Part shown: piece after piece, positions 48,273-59,440 of the stretch
Layout of the letters: each line of letters begins with the position of its first letter
Position numbering within the stretch: position 1 is the stretch's first letter
From: Gemmatimonadaceae bacterium
Lineage (GTDB): Bacteria; Gemmatimonadota; Gemmatimonadetes; Gemmatimonadales; Gemmatimonadaceae
Assembly (NCBI GenBank): GCA_051859245.1
Contig: JBHYGA010000004.1
Span: 512,001 to 576,000 of the forward strand
Reading direction: 5' to 3'
Length of the DNA stretch: 64,000 nucleotides
Notes under the pieces: model-generated
The model's input: the letters and a program-made list of their open reading frames with translations, nothing else
Databases searched by the model: none
Told to the model about the DNA's origin: nothing
Translations under genes and position numbers: made by a program

Positions 48273-51203
48273 TCACTTCACCCGACCAAGCCCGGCGCGC
48301 GCCGCTTGCACAGCAGGCTGCACCGCGGCATCACCCGCGCCCCACTGCGCAATCACGCGCTGATACCAATAACGTGCTGTTGACCGATCGCTCATTCGTT
48401 CGGCGACCTCAGCACGCAATGCCATCGCGCGGGGAAGCGTGATTGACCCGGTGCTGGAAGGCAACGCACGATCGAGCACACGCGCCGCGTCGGCGTTGCG
48501 CTTTGCCGCCATCAGCATGGGTGCAGTGGTCAGTACGGCGCACGGTGCGTTGCCGCATGTTGCCATGGGCAGGCTCAAGAGTGTGCGTAACGCGCTTGCC
48601 GAATCTCCACGCGCGAGCGCGAGATACGCGCGCGCCAGATCACCACGATGTGCGGCGGTGGTGTTGCCGGTCGTGCGCAGTTGTGCATCCAGGGAATCCG
48701 ACGGGCCGATCATGGCGGCCACGGCAACCGTGTCGCCCGCAGCCGCCAGCAAGGGCATGGCTGCGAGCGCGGTGTTCGGATCATTGGTCAGTAGTTGCCG
48801 CGCCTCAGTGAGTACGGGTTCTGTGGGAAGCAGTCCGATGCGCGCGAGCTGTGTGCGATCTACAAAGGTAAGCGGCGCCCCCGACGCGATGTTTTTGCCT
48901 CCCTTCGCCTGCAGCATCAGCGCGTATCGCGCGAACGGCGCAGAGTCGGGCAATGCCGGATTCTGCGCGAGTCGTTGCAGCTGGATTGTGGTCACGATCT
49001 GTGACAACGGTGTGGCTTCCGGAACGTTCCCGATTTCCTGCATCACAAACGCAACGGTGCGCGCGTCAGCCGTATCAAGATGCGCACGAGCAACAGCACT
49101 GAGTGCTGGAGCGGAATCGAGCACCGTGGCCAACGTGGTGTAGTACGGTGCGAGCTGCGGCGCGAGTCGAGCCACACCACGTGCGTACCGAGCGGCGTCC
49201 CGGAAGCGGCTCAGTCGAAGCGCCAACTGATACGCGTGCAACTGCGGCACCAGCATCATCGTATCAAGTGCGATGGCGCGCTCGAAATCATTCAGCGCAA
49301 CGCTGTCCGCACGTCCACCAAATTCGCCAAAGTGATAGCCCGCGTCACCGAGCTCGAGCCACAGTTCGGCGTCACTCGGATAGCGACGTGTTGCTTCCGT
49401 AAGCGTTGCAAAGAGTGCGCTCAGCCCAGGGATGTCGTCGACGGCGTCATTCGCAGACGGTGTGCGGCGTACGACCGCGAGCCGCAAGGAGTCGCCATGC
49501 AACAACAAACTGTCACGCGGACTGCCGCCGCGACGCAAACGAATGGCGCGATCCAGTGCGGCCTGCGCCTCGGGCAATGCTTCACGACCAGTGCGGATGT
49601 ACACCGACGCCACGCCGCGCCACGCGAGCGCGAACAGCGAGTCGATGGCGACCGCCGATTCGTACGCGGCCAACGACGAGTCCGTCACGCCGCGTCGGTA
49701 GAACTGCTGCCCCTGCAAAAATGCTTTCAAGGCGGGCAACGACGACGTGCCCATGGATGCCAATCGCGTACCGCCAGCCAGTGTGCCGCTGCTGCCAAGC
49801 GCGCGCAGCAACTGGATCACCACGGAGTCCGCCAACGCATCAATGCGCGTCGCGTCGCCGCTTACGTCAACGTTGTGTTGCACCACACCGCGGGCGACGT
49901 CCACCAGTGCGACGCGAGCGCGCACCGAATCGCGGCCGACCGGATTAAGCTCGCCGAACACGACCAGTCCGGCGCCAACCGCGTTGCCGAGCGCTGTGGC
50001 CGTGGTGACATCAGCGCGCGTGGCGGATTGTGCAATGCTCGTGGACGGCGACACAGTGCGCAGTGTACCGGCGCCATCGAGACTGCGCGCGAGAATGTCA
50101 ACGAGCCCTTCGCGCCACACGCCCAAGGCGTCGTCGCGCACGGTGAAGGGCATGACGGCGAGCAATGTCGCGTCGGGCCCTGATGGCCCGTTCGGTGAAC
50201 GTGTGGCAAACCACGCGCCGCCCGCAACCACAGCCACGGCGAAGGCAGCCGCGACCAGCAGCTTGGCGCGGGAGCCCTTGCCGGCCGCAGGCGCAGCGTT
50301 CGTGTGCGAACCAGTACGGTTCTCGCTCCTGACCTGATTGGCGTTCGCGAGACGGTCGAGGATGGCGGTCGCCTGCTGCGGACGCTTGTCCGGATCTTTC
50401 TCCAGGCACTGCATCACCAGCTGCGCCAGCGGCTCCGGCACGTCGGCCCGGTGCGTCGCGATTGCCGCCGGCGCCTCGACCATGTGCGCTACCAGCTGCG
50501 CGTGTGCCGGACGGTCGCCGAATGGTGGGCGTCCGGTGAGCAACTCGTAGGCCATCGCGCCGAGCGAATAGATGTCGGCGCGATGATCCGTGTCGGGGTC
50601 GCCGGCCCCTTGTTCAGGCGCCATATAGGCCGACGTGCCGATAGACGTGCCGAGCTGCGTGAGCTGCTCGTTTGGTGCGGAACCCGAACGCGGCGCCGTG
50701 CGCGCCGAACTCATCGCTTTCGCAATACCGAAATCGGTGACGAGGGCGGCGCCGCCGGACAGCATGACGTTGTCCGGCTTGATGTCGCGATGCACCACGC
50801 CGCGACTGTGCGCGTACGCCAGTGCTCGAGACACATCGTTGAGGATCAAGAGCACATCGCTGATCGGCAGACCTTTGTGGTCGGCTACCAGATCGCGCAG
50901 CGACGATCCCTCAATGAACGGCATCAGGTAGTAGGGCAGGCCTTCCGCCGTGGCGCCGGCCGATAGCACCGGAACGATGTTCGCATGTTGCAGTGCGGCC
51001 GCAAGCGCGATTTCCCGGCCGAAGCGCTCCACCGACAGTGACTGCGCCAACTCGGGCGAGAGGAGCTTGACCACGATGTCGCGGCCAAGCGTCCCGTCGT
51101 GGGCGATGAACACGCGGCTCATGCCGCCACCGCCAAGTTCCCGGCCGAGGGTGAACGAGGCACCCAATGCCGTCTGGAGAGATTCGCGAATGAGGTCAGT
51201 CAT
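48273..51203 (-). CDS. Membrane Ser/Thr protein kinase with TPR-like domain
   Basis: LGGGGMSRV, HRDIKPDN, DFG, YMAPEQ; one TM helix. Confidence 0.92.
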   Translation of the reverse strand: MTDLIRESLQTALGASFTLGRELGGGGMSRVFIAHDGTLGRDIVVKLLSPELAQSLSVERFGREIALAAALQHANIVPVLSAGATAEGLPYYLMPFIEGSSLRDLVADHKGLPISDVLLILNDVSRALAYAHSRGVVHRDIKPDNVMLSGGAALVTDFGIAKAMSSARTAPRSGSAPNEQLTQLGTSIGTSAYMAPEQGAGDPDTDHRADIYSLGAMAYELLTGRPPFGDRPAHAQLVAHMVEAPAAIATHRADVPEPLAQLVMQCLEKDPDKRPQQATAILDRLANANQVRSENRTGSHTNAAPAAGKGSRAKLLVAAAFAVAVVAGGAWFATRSPNGPSGPDATLLAVMPFTVRDDALGVWREGLVDILARSLDGAGTLRTVSPSTSIAQSATRADVTTATALGNAVGAGLVVFGELNPVGRDSVRARVALVDVARGVVQHNVDVSGDATRIDALADSVVIQLLRALGSSGTLAGGTRLASMGTSSLPALKAFLQGQQFYRRGVTDSSLAAYESAVAIDSLFALAWRGVASVYIRTGREALPEAQAALDRAIRLRRGGSPRDSLLLHGDSLRLAVVRRTPSANDAVDDIPGLSALFATLTEATRRYPSDAELWLELGDAGYHFGEFGGRADSVALNDFERAIALDTMMLVPQLHAYQLALRLSRFRDAARYARGVARLAPQLAPYYTTLATVLDSAPALSAVARAHLDTADARTVAFVMQEIGNVPEATPLSQIVTTIQLQRLAQNPALPDSAPFARYALMLQAKGGKNIASGAPLTFVDRTQLARIGLLPTEPVLTEARQLLTNDPNTALAAMPLLAAAGDTVAVAAMIGPSDSLDAQLRTTGNTTAAHRGDLARAYLALARGDSASALRTLLSLPMATCGNAPCAVLTTAPMLMAAKRNADAARVLDRALPSSTGSITLPRAMALRAEVAERMSDRSTARYWYQRVIAQWGAGDAAVQPAVQAARAGLGRVK

Positions 51204-51229
51204 GCGCGAAAAGTAGCTGTGGGGCGCAA

Positions 51230-52084
51230 CTACCTCGCGACAGTCTCCGAAACCGCCCACACGTTGCGATGATCCCGCGCATAATCCGCAAAGCGGCGCG
51301 GCGCACGACCGGTAATGCGCTCCACCGCATCTGTCGTCCGCTCGGCATATCCGAGCTTGTAAAAGTTGAGAATGAGCAGCAGGTGCTCCACGTATTCTGG
51401 TGACAGCCCCGCCTGCAGAAGCGGACCGCGCATCGCATCGGGCGGAATGTCCACGTATGTGATGGTCCGTCCGGATTCGCGCGTGAGAATCGCGGCGATC
51501 TCGTCGTGATCAATGGACTCGGCGCCCGTGAGATCGAACGCCTGATTGTCGTGCTCGCGATCATTCAGCAACGCGGCCGCAACCGCGGCAATGTCACGCG
51601 CGTCGATCAGACTTGCCTTTGCGGTGCCCGTGGGAAGCAGAATCTTGCTTTCAGCCAGAATGGCGGGCAGCCAGAACGACTGGAAGTTCTGCATGAACCA
51701 GTTCGGGCGAATGATGTTGTACGCGAGTCCTGATGCTTCGAGGTGACGTTCCGCCTGGCGCAGTGGCGCGTTGTCGTCTGCGTCGGCCCCCATGGCGGAC
51801 ATCAGCACGACCTTCTCGACGCCGGCAGCGCGTGCCGCGTCTACGATTGGGTTCAGCAGCGCGTCCTGCCTGGCGTGCCCCGGGGGCGACAACAGAAACA
51901 GGCGGTTCACGCCGGCGAGCGCCTCGTTCACGCCTTGGCCACTCTCAAGATCCAGGTGTACCTGGTCAGCTGCGGCGGGCGGACGGCTGGTGGCTTTTCG
52001 CACGCGATGTCCGAGCGCGTGAAGTAGCGGGACAAGGGCGCGTCCAACGGTTCCGTTGGCTCCAACGACAAGCGTGGTCAACAT
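51230..52084 (-). CDS. NmrA/SDR-family NAD(P)H-binding oxidoreductase
   Basis: GANGTVG, IRPNWFMQN, IDARDIA. Confidence 0.88.
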   Translation of the reverse strand: MLTTLVVGANGTVGRALVPLLHALGHRVRKATSRPPAAADQVHLDLESGQGVNEALAGVNRLFLLSPPGHARQDALLNPIVDAARAAGVEKVVLMSAMGADADDNAPLRQAERHLEASGLAYNIIRPNWFMQNFQSFWLPAILAESKILLPTGTAKASLIDARDIAAVAAALLNDREHDNQAFDLTGAESIDHDEIAAILTRESGRTITYVDIPPDAMRGPLLQAGLSPEYVEHLLLILNFYKLGYAERTTDAVERITGRAPRRFADYARDHRNVWAVSETVAR

Positions 52085-52233
52085 GCAATGCTCCGGTGAG
52101 ATGGGTGAACACAACGTCCGTTTCCATAATCACCTGAGTTGCACGGACTTTGAATCGCTATATATTCGGATTACATGTCCAAACGTACGCTTCTTGTGGT
52201 CACGATCTTCCAAACTCTGAGCTCGATCGCCTC

Positions 52234-53181
52234 ATGGACCTGCTGACCCACGTGCTTCAGGAGGCAGGCGTGGTGCGCCGGATGCTCGATCTGCGCGCCC
52301 TCGACCGTACCAGGGCGCTCCGGTTTCCGTGCGACCGGAGCATTGGCTTGCATATCGTGACCCAAGGGCCGGTCTGGCTGCACGCGCCGGGCCTGGCGTC
52401 TCCGACGGCGCTGGGAGCGGGCGACATCGCGCTGATGGCACGCGGTTGCACACACATACTCGCCACAGAGGCGGCGCTTGGTGCTGTGCCGGTGCATTCG
52501 GTGGTGGATCTGGCGGGATTGTTGGTGGCGGACAACAACAACGCGTACGTGGCGACGCGGGTGATCAGCGGCGCGTATCAACTGTGGAATACGCCGCTGC
52601 ATCCGATGTTCGCGCAGTTGCCCGCATGGTTCATTATGCGCGCCAGCGAGGTGGCCGAACAGTCACCACTGGCGTTGACATCGGGGCTGATTCGCGCCGA
52701 GTTAGAGTCACCACAACTTGGCAGTCAGGGTGTGTTGCACGGGCTGCTCGACGTGATCTTCACCTACGTGCTGCGCGCGGCGTTGCAACAGCACGCGTCG
52801 TCAGCAGGACTCGGTATTGTGCTGCGTGATCCGGCGGTGCATGCAGCGGTCACCTTGATGCACGAAGACTGCGCACAGCCCTGGACGCTCGAGCAACTGG
52901 CGTCGCGCGTTGGCGTGTCGCGGACGGTGCTGGCCGAGCGGTTTCGCGAAGCGGTTGGTGACACACCACTCCAGTATTTGCGCAACACGCGCGTGCAGCA
53001 CGCCATGCGTTTACTCGGTGAGACGTCGCACTCGATGGAGCAGATCGCGCAGTCGGTGGGCTACAGCGACGCGTTCAGTTTTTCAAAAGTCTTCAAGCGT
53101 GTGGTGGGGGTGTCGCCGCGAGATTTTCGGCGCCGAGATGCAGCGGAGCGTGCGTTGCCGTATCGGTTCAGTTCGGGCTGA
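52234..53181 (+). CDS. AraC-family regulator (cupin + HTH)
   Basis: PWTLEQLASRVGVSR..LAERF; IAQSVGYSDAFSFSKVFKR. Confidence 0.92.
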   Translation: MDLLTHVLQEAGVVRRMLDLRALDRTRALRFPCDRSIGLHIVTQGPVWLHAPGLASPTALGAGDIALMARGCTHILATEAALGAVPVHSVVDLAGLLVADNNNAYVATRVISGAYQLWNTPLHPMFAQLPAWFIMRASEVAEQSPLALTSGLIRAELESPQLGSQGVLHGLLDVIFTYVLRAALQQHASSAGLGIVLRDPAVHAAVTLMHEDCAQPWTLEQLASRVGVSRTVLAERFREAVGDTPLQYLRNTRVQHAMRLLGETSHSMEQIAQSVGYSDAFSFSKVFKRVVGVSPRDFRRRDAAERALPYRFSSG

Positions 53182-53295
53182 TCGGCGTCTCGCTTCTTGC
53201 CAGCAGTGGTGTCGGCGGCGCAGTATCAGCAGCGGAACTGCTTGAAACACGCCGCGATCCTCGCGCCGGTGATCACGACTCCCACCCAGTTCGCC

Positions 53296-54471
53296 ATGCA
53301 ACGACGCGACGCTCTTCGTGCCCTCGCCACCACGGTGCTTGGTGTGGTGGCTGCACCCGCCATCCTGCGTGGGCGTTATCAGCTCTTTGCGCACAGCACC
53401 GCGCAATACTCGGCCCGTACCGTTGCGTTGATGCGCGAGAGCACGGTGATTGATATGCTCTGTCAGTTCGCGTTCGACGACTTTCGAAAATCCAATATCC
53501 CGCTCGCCCAGCAATGGAAGCGCGACCCGTCGGCGTTCACCGCGGAACACTTTGCCACATTTCGTGAATCTGGCGTGAACATTCTCGCGCTCGGCAGCGG
53601 CGCGGGAACGTACGAGGGCATGCTGCGACACCTCGCTGAGTGGAACGGGTTTGTTGCCTCGCACAGCGACTGGTTTACGCGCATTGACGAACCACGCGAT
53701 ATTGCGCGCATTCGTGCGTCGGGCAAGATCGGTATTCTGATGTCGACGCAAACGTCGGATCACTTTCGTACGGCGGCAGACGTCGACGCATTCCACGCGC
53801 TCGGGCAGCGTGTTTCGCAGCTCACGTACAACATGCAAAGTCGAACGGGCGCGGGATTTCTGGAGAACCGCGACAGCGGGCTCACTGCGTTTGGTGCGGA
53901 GTTGATGGCGCGCATGGAGCAGGTGGGCATGGTCGTGGATCTGTCGCACTGCGGTGATCAGACCACGCTCGATGCGCTTGACTCCGCGAAAAAGCCGCCG
54001 TTGTTCACGCATGCGTCGGCGCGCGCGCTGCTCGAGAACTGTGCACGCTGCAAGACGGACGACATGCTGAAGAAGCTCGCGGCGAAGGGCGGAGTTGTTG
54101 GGGTGCCAATGATTCGCTTCATGATTCGCCCGGCACCGCCCGTGACGGTGGAACACGTGGCCGATCACGTGGAGCATCTGATCCGGCTGATTGGCGCCGA
54201 GCATGTTGGTGTGGGCAGCGACCTCGATATGGCCGGGCTTGCGAATCCGATGCGCAACGACGGTGGTGGTGTGCCGAGCAATCAGCCGAACTTTTCGCGA
54301 TACAACGCGTACTTTGCCGAAAATGGTGGCGCGCATGTGGATGGTCTGGATCATCCCAAGCGTTTGTTTGATCTGACAGAAGCGATGGTGCGCAGGCGGC
54401 ATTCAGATGAGACGATCAGGTTAGTGCTGGGCGGAAGTTTTGCGCGCGTGCTGTCGGCGGCGTGGACGTGA
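53296..54471 (+). CDS. Membrane dipeptidase (M19), Tat-exported
   Basis: MQRRDAL; QLTYN, VDLSH, FTH, HVGVGSD. Confidence 0.88.
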   Translation: MQRRDALRALATTVLGVVAAPAILRGRYQLFAHSTAQYSARTVALMRESTVIDMLCQFAFDDFRKSNIPLAQQWKRDPSAFTAEHFATFRESGVNILALGSGAGTYEGMLRHLAEWNGFVASHSDWFTRIDEPRDIARIRASGKIGILMSTQTSDHFRTAADVDAFHALGQRVSQLTYNMQSRTGAGFLENRDSGLTAFGAELMARMEQVGMVVDLSHCGDQTTLDALDSAKKPPLFTHASARALLENCARCKTDDMLKKLAAKGGVVGVPMIRFMIRPAPPVTVEHVADHVEHLIRLIGAEHVGVGSDLDMAGLANPMRNDGGGVPSNQPNFSRYNAYFAENGGAHVDGLDHPKRLFDLTEAMVRRRHSDETIRLVLGGSFARVLSAAWT

Positions 54472-55748
54472 GCATGAATGCTGCTGCGTGGTGTGCACTG
54501 TTTGCGCTCGCGATTGGGACGCCCGCGCACGCGCAGCGCGCGACAGGGCATGATGCTTCGTCTCCTGTGCTGGTGATTGATTCGGTGCGGGTAGTAGATG
54601 TTGCGGCCGCGCGTACGGGCGCCCTGCAGCGCATCGTGATTCGTGGTGACAGGATTGCCGCTGTCTCGGCGCTTGATGCACCGCTGCCTGAGAGGGTGGA
54701 TGTCTTGCTGAACGCACGAGGTTCGTACGCGATTCCCGGCCTGGTGGATCATCACGTGCATCTCGTGCCTCGACAAGCGGCGGCGCTTGAGCGTGCGGCG
54801 CGCGGTGGTGTGACGATGGTGAACAGCATGGCCGGTGACGCACGAGTGGCGGGAGAGTACGCGCGACAGGTTATCACGAAGGAGCTGGCCGCCCCTGAGA
54901 TCGTGTACGCGAGTGTGCTGGCGGGACCGGGCTTTTTCATTGACCCTCGTTTTCGCGGCGCTGGCGTTGGCTTTGCGCCAGGTACTGCGCCGTGGGCGCA
55001 AGCGATGACCGACACCACGGATCTGGTGCGCGCCGTCGCGCGAGCGCGCGGATCGGGTGCGGAGCTGCTCAAACTGTATGCGATGCTCGACAGCACACTG
55101 GCTGCGCGCATTACGGCGGAAGCGCACGTGCAGGGGATGCGTGTCGTTGCGCATGGCACCGTATTTCCAGCGCGACCACTGCAGTTGGTGCAGTCGGGTG
55201 TGGATGTGCTTACCCACGTGCCGTATCTGTCGTGGCAGGGCGCGGCGAGTCTGCAGGCCGGTGATGTGTTCAATCGTGCGGAGGGACCGTACGCCTCTGT
55301 CGCAGTAGAAGGCGCGCAGATTAAGACGCTGGTTGACGCGATGGCGAAGGCGGGTACGGTGCTGGAGCCCACGCTGTATGTATTTCTGTCGCGCGAGTCG
55401 CCACTGGGCATGCGTGCGTGGTCACTCGCCCTGACTCGTCGCGCCCACGAACGTGGCGTCCCGATTGTTGCCGGCACAGACAATTTGATTGGATCAGACA
55501 GCGCCGCGCTGCCGAACATTCACGCCGAGCTGGCGTATCTCGTGGAAGCGGGGCTTTCGCCGGCTGCAGCGCTAGCGACTGCGACCGTGGTTCCAGCGCG
55601 AGTGATGGGGCGTGCTGCAACGCACGGTGCGGTCGCGCCGGGTTTTGTCGCCGATTTGTTGTTGCTTGAGGCGGATCCGCTCGTGGACATTGCTGCGACA
55701 CGCGGCATTCGCCACGTTGTACTGCGCGGGCGGGTGCTTGCGCGGTAG
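54468..55748 (+). CDS. Amidohydrolase-family protein
   Basis: IPGLVDHHVH, AGTD, G..ADLLLL..DPL. Confidence 0.88.
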   Translation: MSMNAAAWCALFALAIGTPAHAQRATGHDASSPVLVIDSVRVVDVAAARTGALQRIVIRGDRIAAVSALDAPLPERVDVLLNARGSYAIPGLVDHHVHLVPRQAAALERAARGGVTMVNSMAGDARVAGEYARQVITKELAAPEIVYASVLAGPGFFIDPRFRGAGVGFAPGTAPWAQAMTDTTDLVRAVARARGSGAELLKLYAMLDSTLAARITAEAHVQGMRVVAHGTVFPARPLQLVQSGVDVLTHVPYLSWQGAASLQAGDVFNRAEGPYASVAVEGAQIKTLVDAMAKAGTVLEPTLYVFLSRESPLGMRAWSLALTRRAHERGVPIVAGTDNLIGSDSAALPNIHAELAYLVEAGLSPAAALATATVVPARVMGRAATHGAVAPGFVADLLLLEADPLVDIAATRGIRHVVLRGRVLAR

Positions 55749-55808
55749 GCACCCGCTGCGACTTGTCGGCATGATACACACACGGCGTACATCGCGCTTC
55801 TGACACGC

Positions 55809-56204
55809 ATGTCGAACTCCCCGCTCGAACGAGTGCGAGCAATCTGTCTCGCACTACCGCACGCACACGAGGTAGAAGCGTGGGGCGAGCCAACGTTTCG
55901 CGTCAAGAACAAAATCTTCGCGATGTACGCCGCGCCGACCAATCATCACGGCGCGGGCAGACACGGTGTGTGGCTGCACTGCGCCGCAGAAAATCAGCGA
56001 CAACTTGTGGCCGGCGATCCGACGCGTTACTTCGTGCCGCCATACGTCGGAAAAAGTGGTTGGGTTGGCGTGTGGATTGATAAACGTCCGCGATGGCGGG
56101 ATGTCGAAGAGCTCGTCTGCGATGCGTATCTGCGCATCGCGCCCAAGCGTCTGTTCGCTGAGCTCAACCGTGCGGAGTTTTTGCGCAAGCGGGTGGTTCG
56201 CTAA
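55809..56204 (+). CDS. MmcQ/YjbR-family protein
   Basis: WGEPTFRVKNKIFA, YFVPPYVGKSGWVG. Confidence 0.88.
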   Translation: MSNSPLERVRAICLALPHAHEVEAWGEPTFRVKNKIFAMYAAPTNHHGAGRHGVWLHCAAENQRQLVAGDPTRYFVPPYVGKSGWVGVWIDKRPRWRDVEELVCDAYLRIAPKRLFAELNRAEFLRKRVVR

Positions 56205-56215
56205 CGTGCTCGGCG

Positions 56216-56272
56216 TTACGCCCGTCGCGCGAACCGTTTGATTTCAACTCGCGCGCCGATCGGTACACCCGC
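56216..56272 (-). repeat. 3'-end fragment of a ridA homolog
   Basis: 56223-56272 matches 60138-60187 (44/50); stop codon at the aligned position. Confidence 0.75.
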
Positions 56273-56297
56273 TGCGGGATCTTCGGCGGCGTGGAGA

Positions 56298-58904
56298 TCA
56301 TCCGGGTGAGTTGCCGCGCACACTCGGATCTAGTTGTGAACGGTATCGTGCTGCCTCGGCCTGCCGACCGTGTGACTCGTAGAGCTTCACGAGCGTACGT
56401 AGTGCCTGCTGCGCGTGCCGATCATTCACGCCGCGATCGGCAGCCAACCGCTCGTACGCCGGACGCAGGATGGCTTCAGCATCTCGCGCTCGGCCAAGCG
56501 CGAGCAACGCGTCACTCAACTGTACCCGGGTGCGAATCGTCATGATGTTGTGTTCGCCAACCTGGCGTCGAAGGCGTGCCTCAGCATCACGCAGCACTTG
56601 CACCGCCTTCGTGTTTTTCCCTGCACCACGCAGTGCGTCTCCGTATGCGGAGAGGTATGCGGAAACTTGCGGATGATCAGGTCCGAAGAATCGACCCACC
56701 ATTTCCGCGCTCTCGCGCAGTATGGGTTCCGCGTCTGCGTAGCGACCACGTGATGTGTAGCTTCGGCCTTGCAGGTAGAGTGTTTCGGCGAGGTCTGGAT
56801 GTCCGTCAGGATACCGACTGCGCAGGGCGTCTTGCGCGGCGGCGTAAAGTGTGTCTGCCTCGACGAAGCGCCGCTGTTGATCGTGCACGTGTGCGAGCGC
56901 GGTTTGCGTGCTCGCAATCTTCGGATGTTGCGCGTCGTGCAATTCAAGCCAGATCGCGATGGCATCACGAAAATACCGTTCTGCGCGTGCGAGCGCCGCG
57001 CTGTCAACGTCGACGGCCGCGCCGGTGTAATCACCAAGCAGTTTGAGTTGTTGTGCGCCGCGATCGTCGCGGCGCGGCGGACGACTGTGAACGCCGCGCT
57101 CCCACTCCGCGAACGCCTGTGATGCTTCGCGATGCCGTCCCGCGGCATGCAACGCCGCGCCGAGGTCGAGTAGCGTTTCCTGCGTCTCCTGTGCCGTATC
57201 GCCGAGTCGTACGCGCAGCCGAACCAGTGCGGCGCGATAACCCTGTTCGGCTTCTGCAAATCGACCGACACGCTCGTCGAGCTTGGCAATGTTGGCGAGA
57301 CTTCGCGCGACGTCGGGGTGCGAATCTCCGAAAATCTGGCGTCGAATGGCGAGCGTGCGTTCGAGGCTTGGACGCGCTTCGTCGAACGCTCCCAAGTCCA
57401 CGCGCGCCAGGCCGATCACATCCAGCATTGCCGCTTGCGCAGCCGGTTGCCGTTCAAGTGCGTTGGCGCGCGCTTCACCGCGTTCCAGCAATGTGCGCGC
57501 GCTGATCGTATCGGACCGCGCGGAGCCAACGTCTTCGGCCCGAAACAGTCCCGAGAGAAAGTTGGTTGCTTGTTCCGCGCGGTCACGCTCGGCGGTTGCT
57601 CGTGCGCGCTCTTCGGTCGCCTGCGCAAGCGCACGCGCGATACGACGGTTCTGCACTGACAACGTGGCAACGTAGCCCGTGATGACAAGCAGGGCCGTGG
57701 CTGCAAGCGTGAGCGGCAACGCGTGTCGCCGAATCCGTCGACTCCATCGATATGCGCGGTCACCATCGCGCGCGGCCACCGCTTCACCGTTCAACGCGCG
57801 CTGCACGTCGGCGGCAAACTCCGCCACGGAGGCATAACGAGCGCCAGGCTCGTAGCGGAGCGCTTTCAGTACAACGGCGTCCAGATCGCCCGGCAGCGTG
57901 CGACGATGCACAGAAGGAGGTGCGGGATCGTCGCGATGACGCTGCGTGCTGAAGAAGTCGCGTGTGAGCGCACTCGATTCAAACGGCCGGTGTCCACTTA
58001 ACAGTTCGTACAGCACCGCGCCGAGCTGGTACACGTCCGTCGACGTTGTTACTGGCCCACCGTTGAACTGTTCCGGTGCGGCATAGTGCGGTGTGAGCCA
58101 GCGACGCTGCGTGGTGGCCGGCGCACCCGTGACGCCGGTTGAGCCAGTACCACCTGGTTCTGTTTCGAGAATCTTGGCGATGCCGAAGTCGAGCAACCGA
58201 GGGCGGCCGTCACGCCCCACCAGAATGTTTGACGGCTTGAGATCGCGATGGACGACGAGTTGTCGATGCGCCGACTGCGTCGCCTCTGCGACTTCGAGAA
58301 AGAGTCGAAGGCGTGTCGGTACGTCGAGCCCGCGCGTATCGCAGTACGTGGTGAGCGGCTCTCCCTCGACGTACTCCAGCACGAGGTACGGCCGGCCATC
58401 AGGCGCCACGCCTCCGTCAAACAATCGTGCAATATTCGGGTGCGCGAGCGAGGCGAGAATGCGCCGCTCCGCGCGAAACCGCTCAAAGTCGGACGCCGTG
58501 TCGAGACCCGCGCGCAGCACCTTGATGGCGGCGCGCTGCGCAAACTCACCGTCGGCCCGTTCACCGAGGAACACGCGTGACATGCCACCGTGACCGATCT
58601 GACGCACGACGCGCCATGCGCCGAGGCGCTCACCGATGAGGCGATCCGCTTGCTGCGCGTCTTCCGTCTCGCGAACCAGCGACGCGGCAACCTCACCTGC
58701 GTCATCAGCGAGCACTGCGTCAAGTCGACCGTACTCGGCAAGCAGCGACTCAACCTCTCGTCGCAACTCCGCATCGTCGCCGCACGCTTCAGCGACCAGC
58801 GCGGGCCATGCCGCGGGTTCGACATCGAGCGCACGGTCCAATATCGCGTCGATCTGACGCCAGCGATCGGCAGTCAGGCGAGCGACCGAGTCGTTGCGCG
58901 GCAT
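56298..58904 (-). CDS. Ser/Thr protein kinase with TPR repeats, coupled to an ECF sigma factor
   Basis: IGHGGMS, HRDLKPSN, DFG, TP.YAAPEQ; kinesin-light-chain-type TPRs; TGATG overlap. Confidence 0.92.
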   Translation of the reverse strand: MPRNDSVARLTADRWRQIDAILDRALDVEPAAWPALVAEACGDDAELRREVESLLAEYGRLDAVLADDAGEVAASLVRETEDAQQADRLIGERLGAWRVVRQIGHGGMSRVFLGERADGEFAQRAAIKVLRAGLDTASDFERFRAERRILASLAHPNIARLFDGGVAPDGRPYLVLEYVEGEPLTTYCDTRGLDVPTRLRLFLEVAEATQSAHRQLVVHRDLKPSNILVGRDGRPRLLDFGIAKILETEPGGTGSTGVTGAPATTQRRWLTPHYAAPEQFNGGPVTTSTDVYQLGAVLYELLSGHRPFESSALTRDFFSTQRHRDDPAPPSVHRRTLPGDLDAVVLKALRYEPGARYASVAEFAADVQRALNGEAVAARDGDRAYRWSRRIRRHALPLTLAATALLVITGYVATLSVQNRRIARALAQATEERARATAERDRAEQATNFLSGLFRAEDVGSARSDTISARTLLERGEARANALERQPAAQAAMLDVIGLARVDLGAFDEARPSLERTLAIRRQIFGDSHPDVARSLANIAKLDERVGRFAEAEQGYRAALVRLRVRLGDTAQETQETLLDLGAALHAAGRHREASQAFAEWERGVHSRPPRRDDRGAQQLKLLGDYTGAAVDVDSAALARAERYFRDAIAIWLELHDAQHPKIASTQTALAHVHDQQRRFVEADTLYAAAQDALRSRYPDGHPDLAETLYLQGRSYTSRGRYADAEPILRESAEMVGRFFGPDHPQVSAYLSAYGDALRGAGKNTKAVQVLRDAEARLRRQVGEHNIMTIRTRVQLSDALLALGRARDAEAILRPAYERLAADRGVNDRHAQQALRTLVKLYESHGRQAEAARYRSQLDPSVRGNSPG

Positions 58905-59440
58905 CACTCGTGTCCGAGCTCTCGCGCCAGAAACAGCTTCGCCTTGACCCAATCTCTCCCAACGGTGCGCGGGGTGATGCCCAGAATCTGTGCGATCTCC
59001 GCGTCATCCAATCCCGCGAAGTACCGCATCTCGACAACGCGACAGAGTCGTTCATCGAGCGCACGCAGCCGATCGAGCGCTTCATCAAGAATCAGGACTT
59101 CGTCGAGACGCTCGTCGGTGGCGGCACCACCCCCGGTGAGCGTGACGGGTCGTGCACCGCCGCCACGCTTGGATGCCTGACGATGGCGCGCGTGGTCAAC
59201 GAGCGCCTGCCGCATCGCGCGCGAGGCGGAACCGAAAAAATGTGCGCGACTTTGCCATTCGCCTTCGCCGGATGCGCCGAACTTGAGGTACGCTTCGTGT
59301 ACCAGATCGGTGGTGCTCACAGTGGCACCGGCGGCGTGAACACGCAGATGTCGACGCGCGAGCCGCTTGAGCTCAGCGTAGACCGCGCCGTCCAGCGGAG
59401 ATGCGGGAGCACTGGTCTGAAGATCCGGCTGGCTCTCCAT
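58904..59440 (-). CDS. ECF sigma factor (TIGR02999-like, kinase-associated)
   Basis: YAELKRLA, TTDLVHEAYL, RAHFF, VVEMRYFAGL...TVGRDW. Confidence 0.9.
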   Translation of the reverse strand: MESQPDLQTSAPASPLDGAVYAELKRLARRHLRVHAAGATVSTTDLVHEAYLKFGASGEGEWQSRAHFFGSASRAMRQALVDHARHRQASKRGGGARPVTLTGGGAATDERLDEVLILDEALDRLRALDERLCRVVEMRYFAGLDDAEIAQILGITPRTVGRDWVKAKLFLARELGHE